The notes below the pieces were generated by a model, which saw nothing but the letters and a program-made list of their open reading frames with translations, ran no database searches and was not told where the DNA came from. Of a DNA stretch of 64,000 nt, positions 11,390 to 21,212 are shown piece after piece. The DNA comes from Gammaproteobacteria bacterium. Lineage in GTDB: Bacteria > Pseudomonadota > Gammaproteobacteria > QQUJ01. The stretch spans positions 5,389 through 69,388 of the forward strand of contig JBNKCG010000037.1 of NCBI GenBank assembly GCA_050287605.1, given 5' to 3'. The translations under genes and the position numbers were made by a program. Numbering within the stretch: position 1 is the first letter of the stretch; each line of letters starts with the position of its first letter.

Positions 11390-11402
11390 ATATCAATCTC
11401 AA

Positions 11403-12809
11403 TTAATCCCTGATATCCACAAAATGGCCCGCCAACGCGGCCGCGGCCGCCATGGCCGGGCTGACCAGGTGGGTGCGCCCGCCCTGCCCCTGCCGCCCCT
11501 CGAAGTTGCGGTTGGAGGTGGAGGCACAGCGCTCGCCCGGCTCCAACCGGTCGGCGTTCATGGCCAGACACATGGAACAGCCCGGCTCGCGCCACTCGAA
11601 TCCCGCGGCGGTGAAGATCTTGTCCAGCCCCTCGGCCTCGGCCTGCTCCTTGACCAGGCCCGAGCCCGGCACAACCAGGGCGAGCTTAACGTTAGTGGCC
11701 ACCCGTCCGCCGCGCGCCTTGACCACCTCGGCGGCCGCGCGCAGGTCTTCGATGCGCGAGTTGGTGCACGACCCGATAAACACCTTGTCGAGCGCGACCT
11801 CGCAAATCGGGGTCCCCGCGGTCAACCCCATGTACTGCAGCGCGCGCGTCCACCCTTCGCGACGCACGGCATCCGGCGCATCGGCCGGATCGGGGACCGC
11901 GGCGGTGACCGGCAGCACCATCTCCGGCGACGTCCCCCAGGTCACCTGCGGCACGATGTCGGCCGCGGCGATCTTCACCTCGCTGTCGAACACGGCATCG
12001 GGATCGCTGCTCAACGTCTGCCACGCAGCGACCGCTTGGTCCCAAAGCTCATCTTGCGGGGCGTAGGGGCGGCCCTTGAAATAGTCGATGGTTTTCTGAT
12101 CCACGGCAATGATACCGGCGCGTGCACCGGCTTCGATGGCCATGTTGCACACCGTCATGCGGCCTTCCACCGACAGCTCCCGAATCGCCTCGCCGGCAAA
12201 CTCGATGGTGTAGCCGGTGCCGCCGGCGGTGCCGATGACGCCGATGATGTGCAGCACGATGTCCTTGGCCGTTACGCCCGCTCCGGCCTTGCCCTCGACG
12301 CTGATACGCATCGCCTTGGACTTTTTCTGGATCAGCGTCTGGGTGGCCAGCACATGCTCCACCTCGGAGGTGCCGATGCCGAACGCCAGCGCGCCGAACG
12401 CGCCGTGCGTGGCGGTGTGCGAATCGCCGCAGACCACCGTCATCCCCGGCAGGGTCGCCCCCTGCTCCGGACCCATGACGTGCACGACGCCCTGACGCAG
12501 ATCGCCCATGCGAAACTCGGTAATGCCGAACTCGGCGCAGTTGGCGTCCAGCGTCTCCACCTGCAGGCGCGAGACCGGATCGGTGATGCCGCCCTCGAGA
12601 TTGGCGGTGGGCACGTTGTGATCCGGCACCGCCAGCACGGTGTCGGGACGACGCACCTGGCGCCCCGCCAGACGCAGCCCTTCGAAGGCCTGCGGCGACG
12701 TCACTTCGTGCACCAAATGGCGGTCAATATAGATCAGCGCCGTCCCGTCCTGCTCCTGGCGGACGAGGTGGGCATCCCACAATTTGTCGTAAAGAGTCTT
12801 GCCGGTCAT
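11403..12809 (-). CDS. leuC: 3-isopropylmalate dehydratase large subunit
   Basis: 468 aa. [16 protein letters not shown] start. Aconitase-family Fe-S ligand cysteines ([20 protein letters not shown]). Confidence 0.95.
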   Translation of the reverse strand: MTGKTLYDKLWDAHLVRQEQDGTALIYIDRHLVHEVTSPQAFEGLRLAGRQVRRPDTVLAVPDHNVPTANLEGGITDPVSRLQVETLDANCAEFGITEFRMGDLRQGVVHVMGPEQGATLPGMTVVCGDSHTATHGAFGALAFGIGTSEVEHVLATQTLIQKKSKAMRISVEGKAGAGVTAKDIVLHIIGVIGTAGGTGYTIEFAGEAIRELSVEGRMTVCNMAIEAGARAGIIAVDQKTIDYFKGRPYAPQDELWDQAVAAWQTLSSDPDAVFDSEVKIAAADIVPQVTWGTSPEMVLPVTAAVPDPADAPDAVRREGWTRALQYMGLTAGTPICEVALDKVFIGSCTNSRIEDLRAAAEVVKARGGRVATNVKLALVVPGSGLVKEQAEAEGLDKIFTAAGFEWREPGCSMCLAMNADRLEPGERCASTSNRNFEGRQGQGGRTHLVSPAMAAAAALAGHFVDIRD

Positions 12810-12875
12810 CGTTCCAAACTATCTAGAGAGTTTCGTGAGAGTGCAGCATCTTACGGCGCGCTGCAGCATTACGCA

Positions 12876-12917
12876 AATTCATCTTTTTCATGCTACAAAT
12901 TCATATTTTTCATAGCT
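12876..12917. promoter_or_regulatory. Tandem 21-bp direct repeat in the divergent leuC / LysR-regulator promoter region
   Basis: gcaaattcatctttttcatgc followed immediately by acaaattcatatttttcatag (18 of 21 identical). AT-rich island in GC-rich DNA. Confidence 0.35.
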
Positions 12918-12970
12918 TTAATAATCTCGTAGACTACGTTTCCTGCGTGCCGCCGGGGGGAGGAAAAGCC

Positions 12971-13840
12971 ATGGACATTGCCGCGCTCGACACCTTCGTG
13001 GCCGTCGCCAAAAGCGCCTCGTTCTCCGACGCCGCGCACCAGTTGCACCTCACCCAGCCGGCCATCAGCAAGCGCATCGCCGCCCTGGAGAGCGAGCTCA
13101 ACACCCGACTGTTCGATCGCATCGGGCGCCAGATCAGCCTCACCGAATCGGGACGCGCGCTTCTTCCGCGCGCCGAGCGCATTCTCGAAGAACTCGAAGA
13201 CAGCCGCCGCGCCCTGAGCAACCTGTCGGGATCGGTGGCCGGACGCCTCACCATCGCCACCAGCCATCACATCGGTCTGCACCGGTTGCCGCCGGTGCTG
13301 CGCTCGTTCATGGCGCACTACCCGGGCGTGGACCTGGACCTGCAGTTTCGCGCCTCGGAGGCGATCTGCGACGACGTGGAGCACGGCAACCTGGAACTGG
13401 GAATCGTCACCCTGCCCTCCACCCCGCGCGACAACCTCCAGGCACGACCGGTCTGGGACGACCCGCTGCGCATCGTCTGCGCCCGCACCCATCCCCTGGC
13501 CCGCAGCGACGGCTTCGAACTCACACAGCTCGGCCGCTATCCGGCCATCCTGACCGAGAAAGGCACCTTCACCCGCAACGTGCTGGAACACGCCTTCGCG
13601 CCGCTGGGGATCACCATCCAACCCAAGCTCGCCACCAACTTCCTGGAGACCATCAAGATGATGGTGTCGGTGGGGTTGGGCTGGAGTTGCATCCCCGAGA
13701 TCATGGTCGACGAGGAGCTGGTGATACTGGATACCGGGCAGCTCGCGCTCAACCGCGAGCTGGGCGTGGTCTGCCATCCGCGGCGCACGCTCTCCAACGC
13801 CGCGCGCGCCATGCTGCACGAGCTGGGTGTCGGCGCCTGA
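12971..13840 (+). CDS. LysR-family transcriptional regulator (divergent from leuCDB)
   Basis: N-terminal HTH: LDTFVAVAKSASFSDAAHQLHLTQPAISKRIAALESELNTRLFDR. RBS gggggagga 7 nt upstream of the ATG at 12971. The ORF-track start at 12890 is an over-extension. Confidence 0.8.
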   Translation: MDIAALDTFVAVAKSASFSDAAHQLHLTQPAISKRIAALESELNTRLFDRIGRQISLTESGRALLPRAERILEELEDSRRALSNLSGSVAGRLTIATSHHIGLHRLPPVLRSFMAHYPGVDLDLQFRASEAICDDVEHGNLELGIVTLPSTPRDNLQARPVWDDPLRIVCARTHPLARSDGFELTQLGRYPAILTEKGTFTRNVLEHAFAPLGITIQPKLATNFLETIKMMVSVGLGWSCIPEIMVDEELVILDTGQLALNRELGVVCHPRRTLSNAARAMLHELGVGA

Positions 13841-13957
13841 CCGGTTCGGTGGGCCGCGGCGGCGGCCCGGCATCCTTCACCGGACCGCCGAACAAGCATC
13901 GATCGATTGATGGCGCACCGTACCGTCCGCCCACAGCGTGGTGGCGCAGCGCCGCAC

Positions 13958-14782
13958 TCAGGCCGCGTCGAGCCGGTCCAGGTGCACGTCCATCTGCGGG
14001 AAGGGAATGGAGATGCCCTGGGCGTCGAACGCCAGCTTGATCTGCTCGTTGAGGTCGAAATAGACCGCCCAGTAGTCACCGCTGTTGACCCACGGACGCA
14101 CGTTGAAGTTGACGCTGCTGTCGCCCAGTTCACCGACGGCGATGAGCGGTTCCGGGTCTTTCAGGATGCGGGCGTCCGCGGCGATCACCTGCTGGATGAT
14201 CTCCTTGGCCTTTTTGATGTCGTCGCCGTAACCGATGCCGAACACCATGTCGACGCGTCGCGTGGCCCGCGCCGAGAAGTTGGTGATAGTCCCGCCGTAG
14301 ATGGCACCGTTGGGCACGATCACTTCGCGGTTGTCGGGGGTCTTCAGCGTGGTGCTGAACATGCTGATCTTCTCCACCGTACCCGCGGTACCCCCGGCCT
14401 CGACGTAATGGCCGAGATCAAAGGGACGGAACACTATCAGCATCACGCCGGCGGCGAAGTTCTGCAGCGAATCCTTCATCGCCAACCCCACCGCGATGCC
14501 GGCGGCACCGATCAGTGCGATGAGCGAGGTGGTATTGACGCCCAGTTGCTCCAGCGCGGCGACCACCACCACCAGCGTCAACAGGGTCTTCATAATCGAC
14601 CCCAGGAAATTGACCAGGATGGCGTCCATCTTCGCCCGGATCAGCAGATTTTTGATCACCTTGACCACGATCCCGGCAATCCATCGCCCGACCACGAAAA
14701 CGATGAGCGCCGTAACGATGTTGATTCCCCAGGGGATCAGGTAATCCACGCTCAGGTTGTTCAGATTCAATGATTCCAGCAT
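13958..14782 (-). CDS. Small-conductance mechanosensitive channel (MscS family)
   Basis: 274 aa. Three N-terminal TM helices, then the MscS signature region ALIGAAGIAVGLAMKDSLQNFAAGVMLIVFRPF and a beta-domain. Slightly lower GC than the flanks. Confidence 0.85.
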   Translation of the reverse strand: MLESLNLNNLSVDYLIPWGINIVTALIVFVVGRWIAGIVVKVIKNLLIRAKMDAILVNFLGSIMKTLLTLVVVVAALEQLGVNTTSLIALIGAAGIAVGLAMKDSLQNFAAGVMLIVFRPFDLGHYVEAGGTAGTVEKISMFSTTLKTPDNREVIVPNGAIYGGTITNFSARATRRVDMVFGIGYGDDIKKAKEIIQQVIAADARILKDPEPLIAVGELGDSSVNFNVRPWVNSGDYWAVYFDLNEQIKLAFDAQGISIPFPQMDVHLDRLDAA

Positions 14783-14932
14783 CGAGGATCTCCCTTGCTT
14801 TGTCGGTCGTTAATCTGACGAGGGCGGATTCCTTGCGTCGCATCGGGAACGGCGTCACACCGGCAGCTACGCGCAACTTTTCAGAACCCATATAACAGTA
14901 GCTGCAAATCGCGGTGCCGGCCCGCACACGCA

Positions 14933-15866
14933 TCAGCAACAGTCATAGGTATCACGCCGACCTTGCTCTCCGTGGAGAAAACGCTTCTGGATCCACAGGT
15001 ACTGTTCCGGCGCCAAGCGCACCAGTTCCGTCAGTGCCGCGTTGATACGCGCGGTGTCGAATACCGGATCGCCACCCGGAAAATCCTCCAGCGCCGGCAG
15101 AAACACCAGCCGGTAGCCGCTGCCGTCGCTGCGGCGCAACGCCGCAAAGGGAACCACGGCCGCATCGCCCAGTTTGGCGAAACGCGCGGTGGCGGGGTTA
15201 CTGGCTGCCGGCACCCCCATGAAATCGACGACGACGCGGTTGCCACGGGCATAGTTTTCATCGGGCGCAAACCACAGCGTGTTGCCCTCTTTGAGACAGC
15301 GGATCAGCGCGCGCACCTCCTCGCGCGGGATCACCCGCTGAAACAGCCGCTCACGTCCACCGCGCAGCAGACGATCCACCAGCGGGTCATCGTCGCTACG
15401 GTAGCTGACGCACAGCGGACGGCGGGTGCGAAACAGCCGTCCGCCGATCTCCAGCGTGGTGAAATGGGCGCTGAGCAGAATCACGCCGCGTCCGCTCTGC
15501 AGCGCCCGCTCCAGGTGCTCCCCCCCCTCCACGGAGACCAGACGGCGAAACAGCGCTTCCGGCCCCCACCAGGCAAGCGGCATCTCGAAGAACATGATGC
15601 CGATGGATTCGAAACAGCGTCGTAACAGCACGTCGCGCTCTGCCTCGCACAACTCGGGGAGCGCCAGCCGCAGGTTGGTCTCGGCGATGCGCCGCTGGCG
15701 CCCCAACAGGTGCTGCAGCAGATGCCCCAGGTGCCTGCCCAGCGCCAATTGCCAGCGGAACGGCAGGCGGATGAGCAGGTAGCGGAACAGCCCGACCATC
15801 AGCCACGCCGGCCAGTAGCGCGGCGCCCAGGGATTGGCGGTGCGTTGCACGTTGCGCTCTTCCATC
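14933..15866 (-). CDS. Lipid A biosynthesis lauroyl/myristoyl acyltransferase family (LpxL/HtrB-like), start at MEERNVQ
   Basis: HX4E catalytic motif (SAHFTTLEIGG), the LWFAPDEN motif and an N-terminal membrane anchor. The ORF-track 461-aa version is over-extended into the upstream MFS gene. The ATG at 15866 lies 4 nt after the MFS stop. Confidence 0.8.
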
Positions 15867-15870
15867 GTGC

Positions 15871-17049
15871 TCACGCCTCCTGGCCCACCGGTACCACCGG
15901 TTCGCGCACCCAGGCCCAACTGACGAAAAACCCCATTACGGCCGCCAGCGCCGCGGCGTAGAAGGCCCAGGCGGGGGCGAACCCCTCCCAGAAATAGCCC
16001 GCGTAGAGACTGCCGACGGCGCCCCCCACGCCGAAACTCATGCTGCTGTAGAGGGCCTGCCCCCGCCCCTGCAGCCGCCCCGGAAAGAAACGGCGCACCA
16101 GGTCGATGGCCGAGGCGTGATAAGTGCCGAAGGTGGCCGCGTGCAGCAGCTGGGCAATCAACAACAGCAGCGGGGAATCGACAAACGCGCCGATCAGCCA
16201 CCAGCGCACGCCCGCCAGGGCCATGCTGATCAGAAGCAGCGCGCGCGCGCCGACACGCGGCAGCCAGCGATGCATGAGGAGAAACACCACGATCTCGGCG
16301 ATCACCCCCAGCGCCCACAGCTGTCCGATCACGGGACGCGAATAGCCGTGATCCTCCAGGTAGAGGGTGAAAAAGCCGTAGTACGGTCCGTGGCTGGCCT
16401 GCAGCAGCGAGCAGGCGACGATCAGTGCCACCACCGGCGGACTGCGTAGCGTGCGCCGCAGCGACACCGCGGGCAGGTGACGATGGTCCGCCAGACGCTC
16501 CGGGACGAAGAGGCTAAAGAGCCAGATCGCGGCGAACAGGCCGATCAGAATTCCGGGCAACACGACAGTCTGGTAACGATCGAGCAGCGGACCCACGACG
16601 ACCACCGTGCCGATGAAACCCACCGACCCCCACAGGCGGATGCGGCTGTAGCGGTGGGCCTGCTCGCCCAGGTAGCCCAGGGTGATCGCCTCGAACTGCG
16701 GCAGCGAAGCGTTCCAGAAGAAACTGAACAGCAGCATCACCGCCGCCAGCCACCAGTAGCTGGAGCCCAGCAGCACGCCACCGAAGCTCGCCAGCGCAGC
16801 CAGCGACGCCAGCCGCACCACCCGGATGCGCCGTCCGGTATGGTCGGCAATCCAGCCCCACACGTTGGGGGCGATGATCTTGGTGGCCATGAGCAACGCC
16901 AGCAGCTCGCCGATCTCGCGCGCGCCGAAGCCCTGATCGCGCAGGTAGAGCCCCCAATAGGGCAGCAGCGCCCCCAGGGTGGCGAAATAGAAGAGGTAGA
17001 AACCCGACAGGCGCCAGTAGGGAGCAGCGGCCGCTGCAGCCACCATCAA
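15871..17049 (-). CDS. MFS transporter, HcaT / MFS_1-like family
   Basis: 392 aa and 12 predicted TM segments. Strong similarity in conserved blocks to E. coli HcaT ([37 protein letters not shown]). The start overlaps the aroC stop (ATGA). Confidence 0.8.
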   Translation of the reverse strand: MMVAAAAAAPYWRLSGFYLFYFATLGALLPYWGLYLRDQGFGAREIGELLALLMATKIIAPNVWGWIADHTGRRIRVVRLASLAALASFGGVLLGSSYWWLAAVMLLFSFFWNASLPQFEAITLGYLGEQAHRYSRIRLWGSVGFIGTVVVVGPLLDRYQTVVLPGILIGLFAAIWLFSLFVPERLADHRHLPAVSLRRTLRSPPVVALIVACSLLQASHGPYYGFFTLYLEDHGYSRPVIGQLWALGVIAEIVVFLLMHRWLPRVGARALLLISMALAGVRWWLIGAFVDSPLLLLIAQLLHAATFGTYHASAIDLVRRFFPGRLQGRGQALYSSMSFGVGGAVGSLYAGYFWEGFAPAWAFYAAALAAVMGFFVSWAWVREPVVPVGQEA

Positions 17050-18143
17050 GGTTGCGCCGGAATGACCGGCGTGGCGGAACGCACCTCGGCGTTCTGACCG
17101 CGATGGCGCAGGCAGTGATCCATGAGCACGATGGCCAGCATCGCCTCCACGATGGGCACGCCGCGGATACCGACGCAGGGGTCATGACGCCCGGTGGTGA
17201 CCACCTCCACCGGCGCCCCCGTGACGTCCACCGAGGCGCCCGGAAGGCGGATGCTGGAGGTGGGCTTGAAGGCGACACTGGCCGTGATCGCCTGCCCCGA
17301 GGAGATCCCGCCCAGTACGCCCCCCGCATGGTTGGAGAGAAAGCCTTCGGGCGTGATGAGGTCGCGATGCTCGCTGCCGCGCTGTTCGACACTGGCAAAA
17401 CCGGCGCCGATCTCCACCGCCTTGGCGGCGTTGATGCCCATCAGCGCGTGGGCGATATCGGCGTCGAGGCGATCGAACACCGGCTCACCCCACCCCGGCG
17501 GTATCCCCTCGGCGACCACGTTGACCCGCGCCCCCACCGAATCGCCCGCCTTGCGCAGCTCGTCCATAAAGGCTTCCAGCTCGGGTACGCGCTCGGCGTC
17601 GGGAAAGAAAAAGGGGTTCGTCTCCACCGCCGCCCAGTCCAGGCGTTCCGCCCGCAGCGGGCCCAGGGCCGCCAGATAGCCGCGGATGGTGATGCCGAAC
17701 CGCTCGTGCAGGTACTTCCTGGCGATGGCGCCGGCCGCCACGCGCATGGCGGTCTCGCGCGCCGAGGAGCGTCCACCACCGCGATAGTCGCGCACCCCGT
17801 ATTTCTGCTGATAGGTGTAGTCGGCGTGACCAGGGCGGAAGCGGTCGGCGATCGTCGAGTAATCCTTGGAGCGCTGATCCTCGTTGTGGACGAGCAGCCC
17901 GATGGGCGTGCCGGTGGTGCGCCCTTCAAACACCCCGGAGAGGATCTGCACGGCGTCGCTCTCACGCCGCTGCGTGGTGTGACGCGACTGGCCGGGTTTG
18001 CGCCGGTCGAGATCGCGCTGCAAATCCGCCGCGTTCAGCTCCAGCCCCGGCGGGCAACCGTCGACGATGCAGCCGATGGCCGGGCCGTGGCTCTCGCCGA
18101 AGCTGGTGACGGTGAAAAGCTTGCCGATGGTATTTCCAGACAT
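17046..18143 (-). CDS. aroC: Chorismate synthase
   Basis: 365 aa. [18 protein letters not shown]...RRKPGQS...[10 protein letters not shown] are canonical AroC motifs. Confidence 0.95.
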   Translation of the reverse strand: MSGNTIGKLFTVTSFGESHGPAIGCIVDGCPPGLELNAADLQRDLDRRKPGQSRHTTQRRESDAVQILSGVFEGRTTGTPIGLLVHNEDQRSKDYSTIADRFRPGHADYTYQQKYGVRDYRGGGRSSARETAMRVAAGAIARKYLHERFGITIRGYLAALGPLRAERLDWAAVETNPFFFPDAERVPELEAFMDELRKAGDSVGARVNVVAEGIPPGWGEPVFDRLDADIAHALMGINAAKAVEIGAGFASVEQRGSEHRDLITPEGFLSNHAGGVLGGISSGQAITASVAFKPTSSIRLPGASVDVTGAPVEVVTTGRHDPCVGIRGVPIVEAMLAIVLMDHCLRHRGQNAEVRSATPVIPAQP

Positions 18144-18191
18144 GGGGTTTCTTCGGTTGTTGTTCTCGGCCTATCGGGGGTGGTTGCGCGT

Positions 18192-19580
18192 CTAGATCAC
18201 CTTGGAAAAACGCCGCTCCTGCCCCTCGCGCAGGTAGCGGTCGAAGACCATGCAGACGTTGCGGATCAGCAGACGGCCTGCAGGCTGCACCTGGATGCCG
18301 GCGGTATCGAGCGTGATCAAACCGTCGCGCTCCAGACTACGGCACTCTTCCAACTCGGTGTGGAAGTAGTCGCTGAAACGGGTGCCGTACCGCGCCTCCA
18401 CCCGGGCGAAATCGAGATGAAAATGGCAGATCAGCTCGGTGATCACCGCGCGGCGCAGCTTGTCGTCGGCGTTCAGTTCGAGGCCGCGGAACACCGGCAG
18501 CTCGCCGGCGTCGATACGCGCGTAGTAGCCCTCCAGGTCGCGGACGTTCTGGGCGTAACAGTCACCCACCTGACTGATGGACGTGGCCCCCATGCCCACT
18601 AGGTCGCAGTCGGCGTGGGTAGAGTAACCCTGGAAGTTGCGATACAGCGTCCCCTCGCGCTGAGCGACCGCAAGCTCGTCGTCTGGGCGTGCGAAGTGAT
18701 CCATCCCGATATAGACGTAGCCGGCCTTGGCCAGCCGTTCGCCGGTGAGTTGCAAGATGTCGAGCTTCTCCGCCGGTGACGGCAGCTCCTCGGCATTGAT
18801 GCGCCGTTGGGGCTTGAACAGATCGGGCAGGTGCGCGTAGTTGAACACCGACAGGCGGTCGGGGTGGTGGGCGATCACCTTGTCCAGAGTCTGTGACCAG
18901 CGCGCCAGGTTCTGATGCGGCAGACCGTAGATCAGGTCGACGCTTACCGATTTGAACCCTTCGGCACGCGCCGCGTCCAGCACGCCCCAGGTCTGCTCCT
19001 CGCTCTGCAAACGATTGACCGCCTGCTGCACCTGCGGATCGAAATCCTGAACACCGAGGCTCAGGCGGTTGAAACCCAACTCGCGCAGCAGGGCGATGGT
19101 GGCGTGGTCCGCTTCGCGCGGGTCCACCTCGATGGAGTATTCGCCACTGTCATCGTCACGCAGTTGGAAGTGCTCACCGGTCACGCGCATCAGTTCGCGC
19201 ATCTGCTCGTGGCTGATGAAGGTGGGCGTACCGCCACCCCAGTGCAGCTGATCCACCGTACGTTCGCGGTCGAACAGCGCGCCCTGCAGTGCGATCTCAC
19301 TATGCAGTCGCGCCAGGTAGGGGCTGGCCAGGTTTCGATCCTTGGTCACCACCTTGTTGCACGCGCAGTAGTAGCAAACGGTGTCGCAGAACGGGATGTG
19401 GAAATAGAGCGATAGCGGCGGCTTGGGGCGAACGGCGCTGGTGCGCGCCGCCCAGTCGCGGTAGTCCGCCGCGCCGAAGCCGTCGTGAAACTGCACCGCG
19501 GTGGGATAGGAGGTGTAGCGCGGTCCCGACTTGTCGTAGCGTTTGATCAGATCGAGATCGAATACCAGCGATTGATCCAT
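18192..19580 (-). CDS. hemN: Oxygen-independent coproporphyrinogen III oxidase (radical SAM)
   Basis: 462 aa. GPRYTSYPTA and HIPFCDTVCYYCACN (CX3CX2C radical SAM cluster plus the HemN fourth Cys). Confidence 0.92.
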   Translation of the reverse strand: MDQSLVFDLDLIKRYDKSGPRYTSYPTAVQFHDGFGAADYRDWAARTSAVRPKPPLSLYFHIPFCDTVCYYCACNKVVTKDRNLASPYLARLHSEIALQGALFDRERTVDQLHWGGGTPTFISHEQMRELMRVTGEHFQLRDDDSGEYSIEVDPREADHATIALLRELGFNRLSLGVQDFDPQVQQAVNRLQSEEQTWGVLDAARAEGFKSVSVDLIYGLPHQNLARWSQTLDKVIAHHPDRLSVFNYAHLPDLFKPQRRINAEELPSPAEKLDILQLTGERLAKAGYVYIGMDHFARPDDELAVAQREGTLYRNFQGYSTHADCDLVGMGATSISQVGDCYAQNVRDLEGYYARIDAGELPVFRGLELNADDKLRRAVITELICHFHLDFARVEARYGTRFSDYFHTELEECRSLERDGLITLDTAGIQVQPAGRLLIRNVCMVFDRYLREGQERRFSKVI

Positions 19581-19622
19581 GGAGGGCCTCGGGCGGTCAG
19601 GGCCGCGCGCGGTGCGCGGCCG

Positions 19623-20558
19623 CTAGCGAAATGCGTGGCGGTGTTCGTCGAGCTGCGCGGCGGTGAGCAGAAACACGCCGTGCCCCCCGCGTTCGAATTC
19701 CAGCCACAGGAAAGGCACCTGTGGAAACCGCTCTACCAATGCGGTTTCACTGTTGCCGACTTCGCACACCAGTATACCACCCGGCGTCAAATGGTCGGCT
19801 GCTTCGCTCAGGATGCGCACCACCACATCCAGCCCGTCGTCGCCCGCTGCCAGCCCCAACACCGGTTCGCGGTGGTACTCTTCGGGCAGCGCGGCCATAT
19901 CCTGCGCATCCACGTACGGCGGGTTGCTGACGATGAGGTCGTAGCGCTCGCCGCCCAGGGCCGCGAACAGGTCCGACACCTGGGCGCGGACCCGCTCCCC
20001 CACCCCATGCTCGGCAATGTTGCGCTCCGCGACTGCTACGGCATCGGAGGAGATATCCACGGCATCCACCTGCGCCTCCGGAAAGGCGTAGGCGCAGGCG
20101 ATGCCGATGCACCCGCTGCCGGCGCACAGATCAAGAATGCGCTGCGGAGGCAGTCCCTCCAGCCACGGCTCGAAGCCGTGCTCTATCAGCTCGGCGATAG
20201 GCGAGCGGGGCACCAGCACCCGCTCGTCCACGTAGAATGAAAGCCCGGCAAACCCGGCGCGGTGGGTCAGATAAGGTAGTGGCAAACGCTCTTCGACACG
20301 GCGCCGGAACAGTGCCAGCACAGCCGCACGTTCGGAGCGCGTCAGACGCGCCGCCAGGTACTCCTGCGGCAGGGAGTGATCGAGGTGCAGCGCGGCCAGC
20401 GCCAATGCCAGCGCCTCGTCGATGGCGTTGTCCGTCCCGTGACCGAAACTCAGGCCAACCGCCTCAAAGCGGCTGGCGCCCCAGCGCACCACGTCGCGCA
20501 GCGTACGCAGTTCATCCATGGCGGCGGCGTAGGTGGCGCTGGTCGGGAGTGTGTTCAT
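19623..20558 (-). CDS. prmB: 50S ribosomal protein L3 glutamine N5-methyltransferase
   Basis: 311 aa. SAM-binding [11 protein letters not shown] and the catalytic NPPY motif (VSNPPYV). Near aroC as in E. coli (aroC-prmB). Confidence 0.85.
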   Translation of the reverse strand: MNTLPTSATYAAAMDELRTLRDVVRWGASRFEAVGLSFGHGTDNAIDEALALALAALHLDHSLPQEYLAARLTRSERAAVLALFRRRVEERLPLPYLTHRAGFAGLSFYVDERVLVPRSPIAELIEHGFEPWLEGLPPQRILDLCAGSGCIGIACAYAFPEAQVDAVDISSDAVAVAERNIAEHGVGERVRAQVSDLFAALGGERYDLIVSNPPYVDAQDMAALPEEYHREPVLGLAAGDDGLDVVVRILSEAADHLTPGGILVCEVGNSETALVERFPQVPFLWLEFERGGHGVFLLTAAQLDEHRHAFR

Positions 20559-20671
20559 GGGTACCGGGCCCGAATCAAAGGGGCGCTACCATAGCGCGAG
20601 TCGCATCGGGGATGCCACCACTGTTTGCCAAGCACGCCGGCGTGCGCAGCGCCGTGCCACGGATCCGCGGC

Positions 20672-20977
20672 TCAGCGGATTTTGAACAATTGGTGGAAAT
20701 TGGAAATGGTGAGTATGTTGCGAATCTGCGTCGGACAGTTGACGATGTCGATATCCGACTGGTCCCCGCCCGCCCGTTCGCGCAGCAACAGCAACATGCC
20801 CAATGCCGAACTGTCCAGCGAGTCGGTCTTCTGCAGGTCGATCTGGTAGTGCACCTGCTTGGCGTCCACGCGCTCGTACGCCGCACGAAACTGCTGGTGA
20901 AGATTGAAATCGAATCGGCCATCGATGGCAATGGTATAGATTTTGCCGTCTTCCGACAGGTTCGCCGTCACTGACAT
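20672..20977 (-). CDS. STAS-domain protein (anti-sigma-factor-antagonist-like), start at MSVTANL
   Basis: 101 aa with STAS-like features (IAIDGRFDFNLHQQFR...DSLDSSALGMLLLLRE). RBS gaggaag upstream of the ATG at 20977. The ORF-track start at 21082 is an over-extension. Confidence 0.65.
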   Translation of the reverse strand: MSVTANLSEDGKIYTIAIDGRFDFNLHQQFRAAYERVDAKQVHYQIDLQKTDSLDSSALGMLLLLRERAGGDQSDIDIVNCPTQIRNILTISNFHQLFKIR

Positions 20978-21212
20978 TGGGCTTCCTCGCCACTGTACGT
21001 TTTTATGCGCAGATGCCCCACCCCCGCCGCGCAGCCGACGCATCTGCAAACCACTTACCCGCTTAGGGGTTTCAGCCCCCACAACTGTTCGCCTATCATA
21101 ACGCCCCTGCCCGCTCGTTGGCCAATCCCCGACACCGGCGCCCGCTCGCGTTCACGCAAGATTTCTGCATAATCGCGGCTTTTCCACACCACGCAACAGG
21201 AAGTCCTACACC

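Noticed and set aside
9269-11413. 714-aa plus-strand ORF spanning the antisense of leuB and leuD
   Set aside because: Crosses two well-supported minus-strand genes. Composition His/Arg/Gln/Ala-rich and motif-free.
12823-12891. 22-codon mini-ORF (MKKMNLRNAAARRKMLHSHETL) upstream of leuC, as a possible leu attenuator leader peptide
   Set aside because: No run of Leu codons, and leuC is not preceded by leuA here. The ATG motifs are more simply explained as part of a 21-bp direct repeat (regulator sites).
14933-16318. 461-aa version of the LpxL-family ORF
   Set aside because: The N-terminal 150 residues are Arg/Gly-rich and overlap the MFS gene in another frame. The conserved family begins at MEERNVQ (15866).
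20630-20643. Perfect 14-bp palindrome gcacgccggcgtgc between the STAS gene and prmB as a terminator
   Set aside because: Not followed by a T-tract on either strand. Such short GC palindromes occur by chance in GC-rich DNA.
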